Shown here piece by piece: positions 22,724 to 31,783 of a stretch of 39,295 bases of DNA. The stretch's first letter is position 1. Every line of letters begins with the position of its first letter. The notes under the pieces are model-generated. The model was not told where the DNA came from. It worked only from the letters and a program-made list of their open reading frames with translations, and made no database searches. This stretch comes from an uncultured Candidatus Saccharibacteria bacterium (GTDB lineage: Bacteria > Patescibacteriota > Minisyncoccia > Phycocordibacterales > UBA9973): contig CAZJQE010000002.1 of NCBI GenBank assembly GCA_964548505.1, forward strand, positions 1-39,295, written 5' to 3'. The translations under genes were made by a program, and so were the position numbers.

Positions 22724-25141
22724 TTATTTTATTCCTCCTAACGAAAGAATCGTTTTGATAACCGTGTCAGGATTGAGCGACATACTCTCTATCCCCTCGT
22801 CCATCAAGAACTTTGCAAATTCAGGATAGTCAGAAGGTCCTTGTCCACAAATTCCAATATACTTCCCTTTCTCTTTACACTTGTGAATAATTTCTGCAAT
22901 CAGTTTCTTCACAGCAGGGTTTCTTTCATTTCCAATGTGAGTGACAATTCCTGAATCTCTATCAAGCCCTAAGGTGAGTTGTGTTAAGTCATTGGAACCA
23001 ATAGACATACCATCAAAAATATTTAAAAACTCATCTGCCAGCAATACGTTTGAAGGAATTTCACACATAACATAAATTTTTAAGGTTTTGTCTTTTGTTC
23101 TATCAAGTCCAAATTCTGCCATAGTATCTACCACTTGCTGTGCCTCTTCAGGAGTTCTACAAAATGGAATCATTGGAATTACATTCGTGAGTCCCATTTC
23201 TTCTCGTACGCGTTTAAAGGCTTTCACTTCAAGTCCGAAAGCAGTTTTGAATTTAGGATCATAATAACGAGATGCCCCACGCCAGCCAATCATAGGATTT
23301 TCTTCATGTGGTTCATATGCTTCTCCCCCGATAAGGGTGCGGTATTCATTTGTTTTAAAATCAGAAAAACGAATTATTACATCATATGGATATAGCGTTG
23401 CTCCAATCTTTGCAATACCAAGCGCAAGCTGATCTACATAATAATCTGCTTTATTTTCATATCCTGGTGTAAGTTCATCTATTTTCTTTAATAATTTTTT
23501 AGTTTCAGGTGTTTGTTTACCTTTGCTCAATTTTTTGTAATCAAGAAGAATGTTTGGATGAATCTTTATATGTGAAGCAATGATAAATTCGAGCCTACCG
23601 AGACCTACACCCTTGGCAGGAAGTGCATAGTTTCGAAATGCTTCATCAGGCGAGCCAATGTTTACCATTATCTTTACCGGAAGCTCTGGCATTTTATCTA
23701 ATTTATGTTCCTTTACTTCAAATGGCATAATTCCTTTGTAAACATTTCCAACTTCCCCACTTGAACAATCAACTGTAACAGGACTTCCATTTTTTAATAC
23801 TTTTGTTGCATTTCCAGACCCAACAATACAAGAAATCCCAAGTTCTCGAGACACAATCGCTGCGTGAGAAGTTCTGCCACCCTTATCAGTAACTATAGCC
23901 GAAGCAATTTTCATAATTGGCTCCCAGTCTGGATCTGTAATTTCTGTCACTAATACTTCCCCTTTTTCAAATTTAGAAATCTCTTTTGCAGTTTTTAATA
24001 CTCGCACTTTCCCAGCTCCTATTTTCCCACCAACGGCAATACCAGACACAAGAACATCAGACTTTTTATCTAATTTGTATTCTTTCAAAACATTTCTATC
24101 TTTTCCAGATTGCACAGTCTCAGGGCGGGCTTGAACGATAAACAACTCTCCAGTCTTTCCATCTTTGGCCCATTCAATATCCATTGGGCTATAAGTTTCA
24201 CGTTTCTTTGAAAAATATTTTTCTACTTGCAGACACCACTTGGCAAGCTTGATGACTTCTTCTTCGGTCAAACAATAGTTTTGTTTATCTTTAGGTTGTA
24301 CATCAACTTTCTTGGTACCTGTTTTCCCATACACCAATTTTACATTTTTATTCCCAAGTGTTTTTGAAATAATTGACTTGTGTCCATTCTCTAGGGTAGG
24401 TTTGAAAATTATAAATTCATCTGGAATCACGATTCCTTGCACAATAAATTCTCCAAGCCCATAGATTCCATTTATTACTATAACTTTATCAAACCCAGTT
24501 TCAGTATCAATCGTAAATGCAACTCCTGAAGATGAAAGGTCTGAACGCACCATGAGCTGAATCCCAACAGAAAGTGCCGCGTCAAAATGAGAAAAACCTT
24601 TGTCTACACGATACGAGATTGCTCGGTCAGTAAAGAGCGATGCAATACATTTCCTGGTAGAAAGTAAGATATCTTTAATTCCACAGACATTTAGATATGT
24701 CTCTTGTTGTCCTGCGAATGAAGCACCTGGTAAATCCTCAGCCGTAGCACTAGATCTCACAGCAACGTCAATATTTTTTCTACCATACTTCTTCTCCATT
24801 TTTGCATAAGATTCTACAATCGTTTCATGAAGTAATGGTGGAAATTCTTTCTTTAAAATTGTCTCACGAACTTTTTTCCCACGTTCCTGTAGATTTTTGA
24901 TACTTTTTGTATTTAAATCACCGAGAATTTTTTGTATTTCTTTATCAAGTCCAGTTTTTTCAAAAAAATACCTATATGCATCTGCTGTCAGTGCAAACCC
25001 ATCTGGAATATTTACTCCAAGTGGTACTAAATTTGAGTACATCTCTCCAAGTGCTGCATTTTTACCTCCTACAATTGGAACATCTTTGATTCCAACCTCG
25101 CTATACCACTTTACAAAATTCTCCTTTTTTTCTTCTATCAT
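22724..25141 (-). CDS. ppsA: Phosphoenolpyruvate synthase (pyruvate, water dikinase)
   Basis: The 805-aa protein has GGKNAALGEM and the phosphohistidine loop GGRTSHAAIVSRELGISCIVG. The C-terminal PEP-utilising TIM-barrel motif is GSNDLTQLTLG. Confidence 0.9.
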   Translation of the reverse strand: MIEEKKENFVKWYSEVGIKDVPIVGGKNAALGEMYSNLVPLGVNIPDGFALTADAYRYFFEKTGLDKEIQKILGDLNTKSIKNLQERGKKVRETILKKEFPPLLHETIVESYAKMEKKYGRKNIDVAVRSSATAEDLPGASFAGQQETYLNVCGIKDILLSTRKCIASLFTDRAISYRVDKGFSHFDAALSVGIQLMVRSDLSSSGVAFTIDTETGFDKVIVINGIYGLGEFIVQGIVIPDEFIIFKPTLENGHKSIISKTLGNKNVKLVYGKTGTKKVDVQPKDKQNYCLTEEEVIKLAKWCLQVEKYFSKKRETYSPMDIEWAKDGKTGELFIVQARPETVQSGKDRNVLKEYKLDKKSDVLVSGIAVGGKIGAGKVRVLKTAKEISKFEKGEVLVTEITDPDWEPIMKIASAIVTDKGGRTSHAAIVSRELGISCIVGSGNATKVLKNGSPVTVDCSSGEVGNVYKGIMPFEVKEHKLDKMPELPVKIMVNIGSPDEAFRNYALPAKGVGLGRLEFIIASHIKIHPNILLDYKKLSKGKQTPETKKLLKKIDELTPGYENKADYYVDQLALGIAKIGATLYPYDVIIRFSDFKTNEYRTLIGGEAYEPHEENPMIGWRGASRYYDPKFKTAFGLEVKAFKRVREEMGLTNVIPMIPFCRTPEEAQQVVDTMAEFGLDRTKDKTLKIYVMCEIPSNVLLADEFLNIFDGMSIGSNDLTQLTLGLDRDSGIVTHIGNERNPAVKKLIAEIIHKCKEKGKYIGICGQGPSDYPEFAKFLMDEGIESMSLNPDTVIKTILSLGGIK

Positions 25142-25225
25142 AAATTTTTACCTGTCCCGTACTGAGCTAGGCTCTAGTACTAGAATTAAATATTAAACAT
25201 TAAATAATAATAAACGTACGGCCGT

Positions 25226-25234
25226 ATTATAACA
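25226..25234 (-). promoter_or_regulatory. Extended -10 TGtTATAAT for ppsA
   Basis: The reverse complement of 25226-25234 is TGTTATAAT. It lies about 85 nt upstream of the ppsA ATG and is followed by the palindrome TACGGCCGTA (25217-25226). Confidence 0.4.
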
Positions 25235-25244
25235 TATTTTTATT

Positions 25245-26489
25245 TTATATCTTTGAAATTTTTATTAATCTTTCATATTTTACCATTCTCTCAGGTTTCA
25301 GAGGAGAACCGGCTTTTAATCCAAAAGTACCAAAGGCAAATGCTAAATCGGCAATAAAATCATCATCAGTTTCTCCACTTCTGTGACTTATAATAAGTTC
25401 AATGTTATTTTCCCGAGCCAGCTTCATAGTTTCAAGTGTTTCAGATAATGTACCTATTTGATTTGGTTTTATAATCATTGAATTAATGCTTCCTTTTTCT
25501 ATAGCCTTTTTTAGAAGTAGAACATTTGTAACAGTTAGGTCGTCTCCCATTACCAAGAGACCATCATTTTTTTCTTTTAATTCTCTAAAACTATCAAAAT
25601 CTTCTTCCTCAAAAGGATCTTCAACAGAAATAAAATTAAATTCGGTAAGTAACAAATTATATATATTCAATAATTCTTCTTTTGTAACTTTTTCATTTTC
25701 AATACCATCTTTATGCATAAAATTTTTAATTTCATATTTCCCATTTTCATAAAAAGACGATGCAGCCATATCAGTGGCAACTTTTACTTTTTCTTTTAAG
25801 TTGTTTTCCATTATTGCTTCCGCCAAATATTCAAGGGGCTTTTTTATATCGTTTGTCTCCGGAGCATATCCACCTTCGTCTCCTTTCACTAAAGATTCTT
25901 CTCCTAATTCTCTTGTGATTATTTCTTTCAAGGAATTTTGTATTTTTATTCCCATGGAAACCGCTTCCTCCGCGTTTTCAGCTTCTGGAACTAAAAAATA
26001 CTCCTGAAAGGCAAGATTGTTCTTTGCGTGTTTACCTCCGTTGATTAAATTCATATAAAGATGCGGAATCCGACGAGATGGTTTTATCTCGGCTAAGGTT
26101 CGCAAATGTTCAAATACTTCTACTCCTGAAACTAATGCTGCCACTTTTGCAACCGCTATTGAAACTCCGATCGTGCTATTCCCTCCGAAATTATCTTTAT
26201 TCGGAGTTCCATCAAGTTCTAGCATAACTCTATCAATTTCTTTTTGATTAAGTACATCCATTCCAAAAAGTTTTGGAGCAATTACATTATTTACTTTTCC
26301 AATTGCGTTATTCACTCCTTTCCCATCTGAGTCTCGCAATTCATGGGCCTCATGCGCTCCAGTTGAGGCACCACTTGGTACAGAAAAACTACCTTCTTTG
26401 CCACCTGCAAAAACAGTTACTTTTAATGTGGGATTCCCCCGTGAATCCTTGATTTCTTCTGCCAAAACTTTTGTTATTTTATTTTCCAT
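25245..26489 (-). CDS. eno: Enolase
   Basis: Motifs IKDSRGNPTLKV, SVPSGASTG.HEA, IKPNQIGT and SHRSGETDD are present. Confidence 0.9.
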   Translation of the reverse strand: MENKITKVLAEEIKDSRGNPTLKVTVFAGGKEGSFSVPSGASTGAHEAHELRDSDGKGVNNAIGKVNNVIAPKLFGMDVLNQKEIDRVMLELDGTPNKDNFGGNSTIGVSIAVAKVAALVSGVEVFEHLRTLAEIKPSRRIPHLYMNLINGGKHAKNNLAFQEYFLVPEAENAEEAVSMGIKIQNSLKEIITRELGEESLVKGDEGGYAPETNDIKKPLEYLAEAIMENNLKEKVKVATDMAASSFYENGKYEIKNFMHKDGIENEKVTKEELLNIYNLLLTEFNFISVEDPFEEEDFDSFRELKEKNDGLLVMGDDLTVTNVLLLKKAIEKGSINSMIIKPNQIGTLSETLETMKLARENNIELIISHRSGETDDDFIADLAFAFGTFGLKAGSPLKPERMVKYERLIKISKI

Positions 26490-26544
26490 ATGCTTTATAT
26501 TTTAACATATTACTGATATAATCTACCAGTATCAAGATAAACAT

Positions 26545-27459
26545 ATGGAAACTATATTAATTTCCCTGCCAGTATTTTTAATAATATTCTTTGGTTGGTT
26601 TTGCCACAAAATAAAAATCGTAGATAAAAATTGGGTTCACACCCTAAATGGTTTTGCCTATTATGTTGCGCTTCCTGCCTTAATAATAAGCAGTTTTTGG
26701 AAAGTTGATTTTGCTAGTTCTGGTACTTGGTTTTTGATTTTTGAAAGTGTAGCAATAATTATTTTATTTTCGGCTCTCGTGTTTGGAATCCTGTCGTTAT
26801 TTAAAATTGATAAAAAAATAAAAACTACAATTCTATTGGGTTCTATTGTGGGTAATACTGTTTTCATCGGGTTCCCCCTTGTTGATATGAATTTTGGAAA
26901 AGAATATTTAAACCAGTCAGCCTTAATTGGTTCATTTTTTCTTATTATCCCAATAATATTTGTAATACTTTTTATCCAATACCAACATAAATCACAAGAA
27001 ACATCTATCAAAAAAGAATTGTTGGGTTTATTAAAAAATCCTTTAGTTATTTCTATCGTTCTTGGAATCATTTTAAGTTTTTTCGAATTAGAATATACCA
27101 TATTTGAAAGTATAGAGAAAACAATTGCCATGCTCGGGGCTACTGCATCCCCTGTTGCTCTTTTTGCGCTTGGTGCATTCTTGCATGGTCAGTCAAAGAA
27201 AAATCTTAAATTCTCACTTGTTATTTCATTTTTAAAAATGATTGTACTCCCCGTATTAGCGGTTCTCATTTCATTTTTTGTATTTAAAAATAATGACATC
27301 AAAGTGATAACTTTGCTTTCTTCAATGCCAGTCGCTGTGACCACATTTGTAATTGCTGAAAAATTCGGATTAAACAAAGACTTAATCGGAGACTCAATTC
27401 TTATTTCCACAATCTTCTCATTTATAATCGCCCCGATTGTTATTTCTCTTTTCTTGTAA
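26545..27459 (+). CDS. AEC (auxin efflux carrier) family permease
   Basis: A ~10-TM protein with the two-halves architecture and length typical of AEC/MdcF-like carriers. Confidence 0.6.
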   Translation: METILISLPVFLIIFFGWFCHKIKIVDKNWVHTLNGFAYYVALPALIISSFWKVDFASSGTWFLIFESVAIIILFSALVFGILSLFKIDKKIKTTILLGSIVGNTVFIGFPLVDMNFGKEYLNQSALIGSFFLIIPIIFVILFIQYQHKSQETSIKKELLGLLKNPLVISIVLGIILSFFELEYTIFESIEKTIAMLGATASPVALFALGAFLHGQSKKNLKFSLVISFLKMIVLPVLAVLISFFVFKNNDIKVITLLSSMPVAVTTFVIAEKFGLNKDLIGDSILISTIFSFIIAPIVISLFL

Positions 27460-27483
27460 AAATAAGAATGTTATTATTAAAAA

Positions 27484-28275
27484 ATGGAAGAAAGAATAAA
27501 AAAATTATATTTGCCACTTTTCAATGAAATTAATGCGTGGAAGTCTAATTCTAAAAAAAGAACTTTTGTAGTTGGAATTCAAGGAACTCAAGGTATCGGA
27601 AAAACAACTATCTGTTCTTACTTGATTAAAAAATTTGCAGAAAACAATCTAAATGCAGTTACTGTTTCAATTGATGATTTTTATTTAACGAGAGAAAAAC
27701 AAATTGAACTATCAAAAATTGGCAATCCTTATTTAGAAGAACGTGGTTATCCTGGAACTCATGATATAAAATTAGGAGAAACAACATTAAATAATCTCAT
27801 TAATTCTAACGGGGAAACAAAGATACCAAGTTATGATAAATCTTTATATAACGGCAAAGGAGATAGGGTTGAAGAAGAAAAATGGAAAACAGTTGAAACT
27901 CCTGTAGATATAATCATACTAGAAGGTTGGATGCTTGGCTTCACTCCAAAAACAGACATCACCGACCCAAATCTAAGTTATATTAACCAAAAATTAAATG
28001 ACTATTATGCTTGGTATAAGTATATAGATGCTTTTGTTTTTTTAATACCAAAAGAAATAAATTATGTTATGGATTGGAGAGTTGAAGCAGAAGAAAATAT
28101 GAAAAAATCTGGGAAACCAGGAATGACAGAAGAGGAGGTAAAACGTTATACGAGGAAATTTATTACTGCATATGAACTTTATCTACCTGACTTAAAATCA
28201 CCAATTGATGGACCAGTGTTAAAAATAGAAATAGGAAAAGACCGAATGCCAAGCGACAATTTTGGGAAAAATTAA
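27484..28275 (+). CDS. P-loop kinase resembling D-glycerate 3-kinase (GLYK type)
   Basis: The Walker A motif is GIQGTQGIGKTT. SIDDFYLT, RGYPGTHD, IPSYDKSLYNGKGDR and IILEGWMLGF match the blocks I recall from plant and cyanobacterial GLYK. Confidence 0.55.
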   Translation: MEERIKKLYLPLFNEINAWKSNSKKRTFVVGIQGTQGIGKTTICSYLIKKFAENNLNAVTVSIDDFYLTREKQIELSKIGNPYLEERGYPGTHDIKLGETTLNNLINSNGETKIPSYDKSLYNGKGDRVEEEKWKTVETPVDIIILEGWMLGFTPKTDITDPNLSYINQKLNDYYAWYKYIDAFVFLIPKEINYVMDWRVEAEENMKKSGKPGMTEEEVKRYTRKFITAYELYLPDLKSPIDGPVLKIEIGKDRMPSDNFGKN

Positions 28276-29283
28276 TTATTTCACCAAATTTTGTGGAGTG
28301 TTGGCAACAAAACCATTGATATTTTCTATGGTAGTTTTAATGATTTCCCCTTCTGCTTCTTTAGAATAAAATGCAATGTGGGGAGTAACAATAACTTGTG
28401 GCATTTCTATTAAAATATGATCTTCCACCAACATTTTATAATCAACTTCTCGTGCATTTGTAGAACCAAAAATTTCGTTTTCAATTTTCAAATCTCTCTC
28501 TCCTTCTAAAACATCAAGCCCAGCACCTTTTATTATCCCTTCTTTAATTCCCCAGATTAATGCTTCCGTATCAACGAGTGCACCTCGAGCCGTATTTATA
28601 AGTAAAGACCCTTTTTTCATTTTTGAAATATTATCTTTGTTTATCAAATGATAATTTTCTTTAGTATAAGGAGTGTGAATAGTAACAATATCAGATTCGG
28701 ATAAAACTTCTAAAAGACTTTTATAAGTAAAATTATTTTCTTTTGCAAATTTTTCATCTGGATACACATCATAAGCAACTACGTTCATTTCAAAACCTTT
28801 GGCTATTTTTACTGAATTTTTTCCGATTTTACCAGTCCCAATGACTCCAAGGGTTTTGCCCTGCAAATCAAAACCTTGCAAAGAAGAATAAAAATTAAAA
28901 TCCGTAGTTCCTCTTAAGTGATTATTGGCATTTATGTAATTTCTTGAAAGATTTAAAATTAATCCGAAAGCAAACTCTGCCACAGTATGAGGCCCGTAAG
29001 CTGGAACATTAGAAACTTTTATCCCTTTTCCCGCACAATATGCTAAATCAACATGCTCAAAGCCTGTAGAACGAGTAGTTATAAATTTTAAATTTGGTAA
29101 TAAATCCAGTGCTTTTTTGTCTAACAATGAATTAATAAAAACAGAAACAACGTCAGCATCTTTTGCCAGACCCGCATTTTTTTCTTCTAATTTTTCTTCA
29201 AAAAATAAAACATCAAAACCAGTTAAAAGACCCGCAAAAATACCTTGCTCTTCTTTTGGAACCTCAAAAAATATTATTTTCAT
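28276..29283 (-). CDS. D-isomer-specific 2-hydroxyacid dehydrogenase (D-lactate or glycerate dehydrogenase-like)
   Basis: The NAD-binding motif is GVIGTGKIGK. The catalytic R/E/H context is NTARGALVD, LDVLEGE, VTPHIAF. TGaTATAAT lies 6 nt before the ATG. Confidence 0.8.
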   Translation of the reverse strand: MKIIFFEVPKEEQGIFAGLLTGFDVLFFEEKLEEKNAGLAKDADVVSVFINSLLDKKALDLLPNLKFITTRSTGFEHVDLAYCAGKGIKVSNVPAYGPHTVAEFAFGLILNLSRNYINANNHLRGTTDFNFYSSLQGFDLQGKTLGVIGTGKIGKNSVKIAKGFEMNVVAYDVYPDEKFAKENNFTYKSLLEVLSESDIVTIHTPYTKENYHLINKDNISKMKKGSLLINTARGALVDTEALIWGIKEGIIKGAGLDVLEGERDLKIENEIFGSTNAREVDYKMLVEDHILIEMPQVIVTPHIAFYSKEAEGEIIKTTIENINGFVANTPQNLVK

Positions 29284-29325
29284 ACTTACATTATATCAAT
29301 AAGCAACAACCAATGCAAAAGAAAA

Positions 29326-29706
29326 CTATTTACCAAAAAGATTTTTTAAAAACGAGAAAAATCCTTTATTCTCATTACTTGGCTGGTTTTCAGTTTTATT
29401 TTTATCGTCAATTATTACGATTACATTCTCCCCTTCTTTCACCATTCCAAAGTTTTCCCGAATTACTTCTTCTTTGCCTTTGTCGGTATTCAATTTTTCT
29501 ATGTCAGAAGTAAGTTTTTCTTTTCTTTTTTCTAAATCAGAAATTTTCTCTTGCTCTATTTTTTTATTTTTATAAGTTTCTTGCAATTTCCCTGCTAAGT
29601 TAATTATGTTCCAAGTAAAAACAATCACAAGAATTGCGAGTAGCACCAAAACTGGCTTTGAACGTATAAATCTTTTAAATTTATTTTTTTCTTGAAAATT
29701 CGACAT
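29326..29706 (-). CDS. Septum formation initiator FtsB/DivIC-like protein
   Basis: It has an N-terminal TM, a coiled coil and a C-terminal VIRENFGMVKEGENVIVI motif. Confidence 0.7.
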   Translation of the reverse strand: MSNFQEKNKFKRFIRSKPVLVLLAILVIVFTWNIINLAGKLQETYKNKKIEQEKISDLEKRKEKLTSDIEKLNTDKGKEEVIRENFGMVKEGENVIVIIDDKNKTENQPSNENKGFFSFLKNLFGK

Positions 29707-29725
29707 AATATGATAATATAAGTAT
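29707..29725. promoter_or_regulatory. Back-to-back leaderless promoters with overlapping -10 boxes
   Basis: On the - strand, TATTAT (29713-29718) lies 6 nt from ATG 29706. On the + strand, TGaTAATAT (TAATAT at 29714-19719 offset, i.e. 29714-29719) lies 6 nt from ATG 29726. Confidence 0.4.
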
Positions 29726-29839
29726 ATGCTTTTCGATAAAAAACATCAAAAGAAGGTGAGAATCATCTGGTCAGTATTGTGTGTCCTAATCATTGTCAGT
29801 ATGATTCTTTTGTATTCTCCTTTATTTAAGCTTAAATAA
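29726..29839 (+). CDS. Small (37 aa) single-TM protein, below the ORF-track cutoff
   Basis: The translation is MLFDKKHQKKVRIIWSVLCVLIIVSMILLYSPLFKLK. The upstream -10 plus 6 nt plus ATG geometry matches nine other genes here. Confidence 0.4.
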   Translation: MLFDKKHQKKVRIIWSVLCVLIIVSMILLYSPLFKLK

Positions 29840-29845
29840 AATAAT

Positions 29846-31681
29846 TTAATCTTTCGCACGCATCATTTTCAAGAATACATCTTGAGTGATGTTTACTTTA
29901 GCGTTTTCTTTCATTCTCGCTTTTCCTTTCTTTTGTTTTTCTAATAGTTTCTTTTTACGGCTCACGTCTCCTCCACCAACTACTTTTGAGCCATGCATCA
30001 AGACGTCTTTTCTGAATGCCGAAACTGATTCGGATGCAATAATTCTACCCAAAGCCTTGCCTTGGATTTTAAATGGGAATTGTTGTCGAGGAATAATACT
30101 CTTTAAGCGTTCAACTTGAATGCGAGCTTCTTCTTCAACTCTCTTACGTGAGACAATTCTACAAAAAGCTACCATTGGTTCATCGGCAACGATGATATCG
30201 AGCTTTACTACATCTGCAACTTTGTATTCTCCAATTTCATAAGAAATAGATCCGTAGCCAGAAGTAATACTTTTTAAATCATCAAAAAAATTACGCATCA
30301 ATTCTCGAAGTGGCATCTCGAGTGTTATTGCCGATCGATTGTCACCAAAATTCTCTGTAGAGTGAACTGTCGCTTCGTGGTCAAAAAGAAATGGCATGAG
30401 GACACTCGCATAAGAATCAGGAGTAATTATTTTAACTTTTACCCATGGTTCATAAACTTTTATAACCTGACCATCTTCTGGAAAAAAATGTGGGGAATAA
30501 ATCATTTCTTCTTTCCCGTTTTTCAAAACAACTTTGTAAGTAATAGACGGCATGGTGACAACTAAATTAAGTCCAAATTCTCTCTTTAGACGTTCAGTGA
30601 TAATTTCTAAATGGAGCATCCCAAGGAACCCGCAACGAAAACCTTTGCCGAGAGTTCCAGAAGATTCTTCTTCGTAAGAAAATGCTGAATCAGATAATCG
30701 AAGTCGCCCTAGTGCTAATTTCAAATCGGAGAAGTCATCAGCATCTTCTGGATACACAGATGCCCACACTACCGGTTTTGGATTCATATATCCAGGTAAG
30801 GCTTCAAGTGGTTTTTTACTAAGTGTTATTGTGTCACCCACAGATGCGATTCCGGGTCTTTTAATTCCAGTTACAATGTATCCAATTTCTCCAGAATCAA
30901 TAGAACTTTTTGGGTTCTCTTCGGGTGAAAATATTCCGACCTCAAGAGAAATAAATTTCTCACCTGAAACAGAAAATAATAGTGAGTCTCCTTTTTTTAA
31001 GTGTCCGTCAAATACTCGAACATACACTATCACTCCTCTATGATTGTCATATTTGAAATCAAAAACAAGGGCTCGGACACTATCTTTTTCTTCATAATGT
31101 TTCTGCCCATCTGTCTCCATATTTTTTACCGGTGGTGGAATTCTTCTAATAATTTCAGAAAGTAAATTTTCTACTCCTTCACCTGTCTTTCCAGAAACTT
31201 CCAAAACATCATCCGGATCAATATCAAGTAATACGGCTACTTCCATTTTTACTTCATCAATTCTTGCAAGTGGTGAATCTATTTTTGATAATACTGGAAT
31301 GATAACGAGACCCGATTCTCGTGCCAATTCCAAAGTAGTTAGAGTTTGAGCTTGCACTCCCTGAGTAGCATCAACAAGTAAAATTGAGCCCTCAACCGCT
31401 TTTAAGGCACGAGAAACTTCATATGAGAAATCTATGTGCCCAGGTGTATCAATCAGGTTTAAAACGTATTTTTGTTCGTTTAAAGCATATTCCATACGCA
31501 CTGGTTGCATTTTTATGGTAATTCCACGCTCTCTTTCAAGCTCCATTGAGTCAAGCACTTGGTCACGCATTTTACGTGCTTCTATAGTATGTGTAATTTC
31601 TAGCATTCGATCAGCCAAAGTGCTCTTCCCGTGGTCAATATGCGCTATGATACTAAAGTTTCTTATGTGTTTTAAATCCAT
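29846..31681 (-). CDS. lepA: Elongation factor 4 (LepA)
   Basis: IRNFSIIAHIDHGKSTLADR, DTPGHIDF and the LepA-specific C-terminal domain are present. AGGA lies about 11 nt upstream, so this gene has a Shine-Dalgarno site and is not leaderless. Confidence 0.92.
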   Translation of the reverse strand: MDLKHIRNFSIIAHIDHGKSTLADRMLEITHTIEARKMRDQVLDSMELERERGITIKMQPVRMEYALNEQKYVLNLIDTPGHIDFSYEVSRALKAVEGSILLVDATQGVQAQTLTTLELARESGLVIIPVLSKIDSPLARIDEVKMEVAVLLDIDPDDVLEVSGKTGEGVENLLSEIIRRIPPPVKNMETDGQKHYEEKDSVRALVFDFKYDNHRGVIVYVRVFDGHLKKGDSLLFSVSGEKFISLEVGIFSPEENPKSSIDSGEIGYIVTGIKRPGIASVGDTITLSKKPLEALPGYMNPKPVVWASVYPEDADDFSDLKLALGRLRLSDSAFSYEEESSGTLGKGFRCGFLGMLHLEIITERLKREFGLNLVVTMPSITYKVVLKNGKEEMIYSPHFFPEDGQVIKVYEPWVKVKIITPDSYASVLMPFLFDHEATVHSTENFGDNRSAITLEMPLRELMRNFFDDLKSITSGYGSISYEIGEYKVADVVKLDIIVADEPMVAFCRIVSRKRVEEEARIQVERLKSIIPRQQFPFKIQGKALGRIIASESVSAFRKDVLMHGSKVVGGGDVSRKKKLLEKQKKGKARMKENAKVNITQDVFLKMMRAKD

Positions 31682-31783
31682 ATATAAAATTCCTAATGCC
31701 TGCCCGTCCGTAGCTTTAGCGAAGGAGGGTGTTTTAAGTCCATCGTTCTCTCATACTAGCAAAAAATGACCTAAAACAAAAGT

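Noticed and set aside
26661-27410. ORFs on the - strand inside the AEC permease gene, and similar antisense ORFs inside ppsA, eno, lepA, valS and dnaK.
   Set aside because: They lie antisense to genes with strong family signatures and have no independent support.
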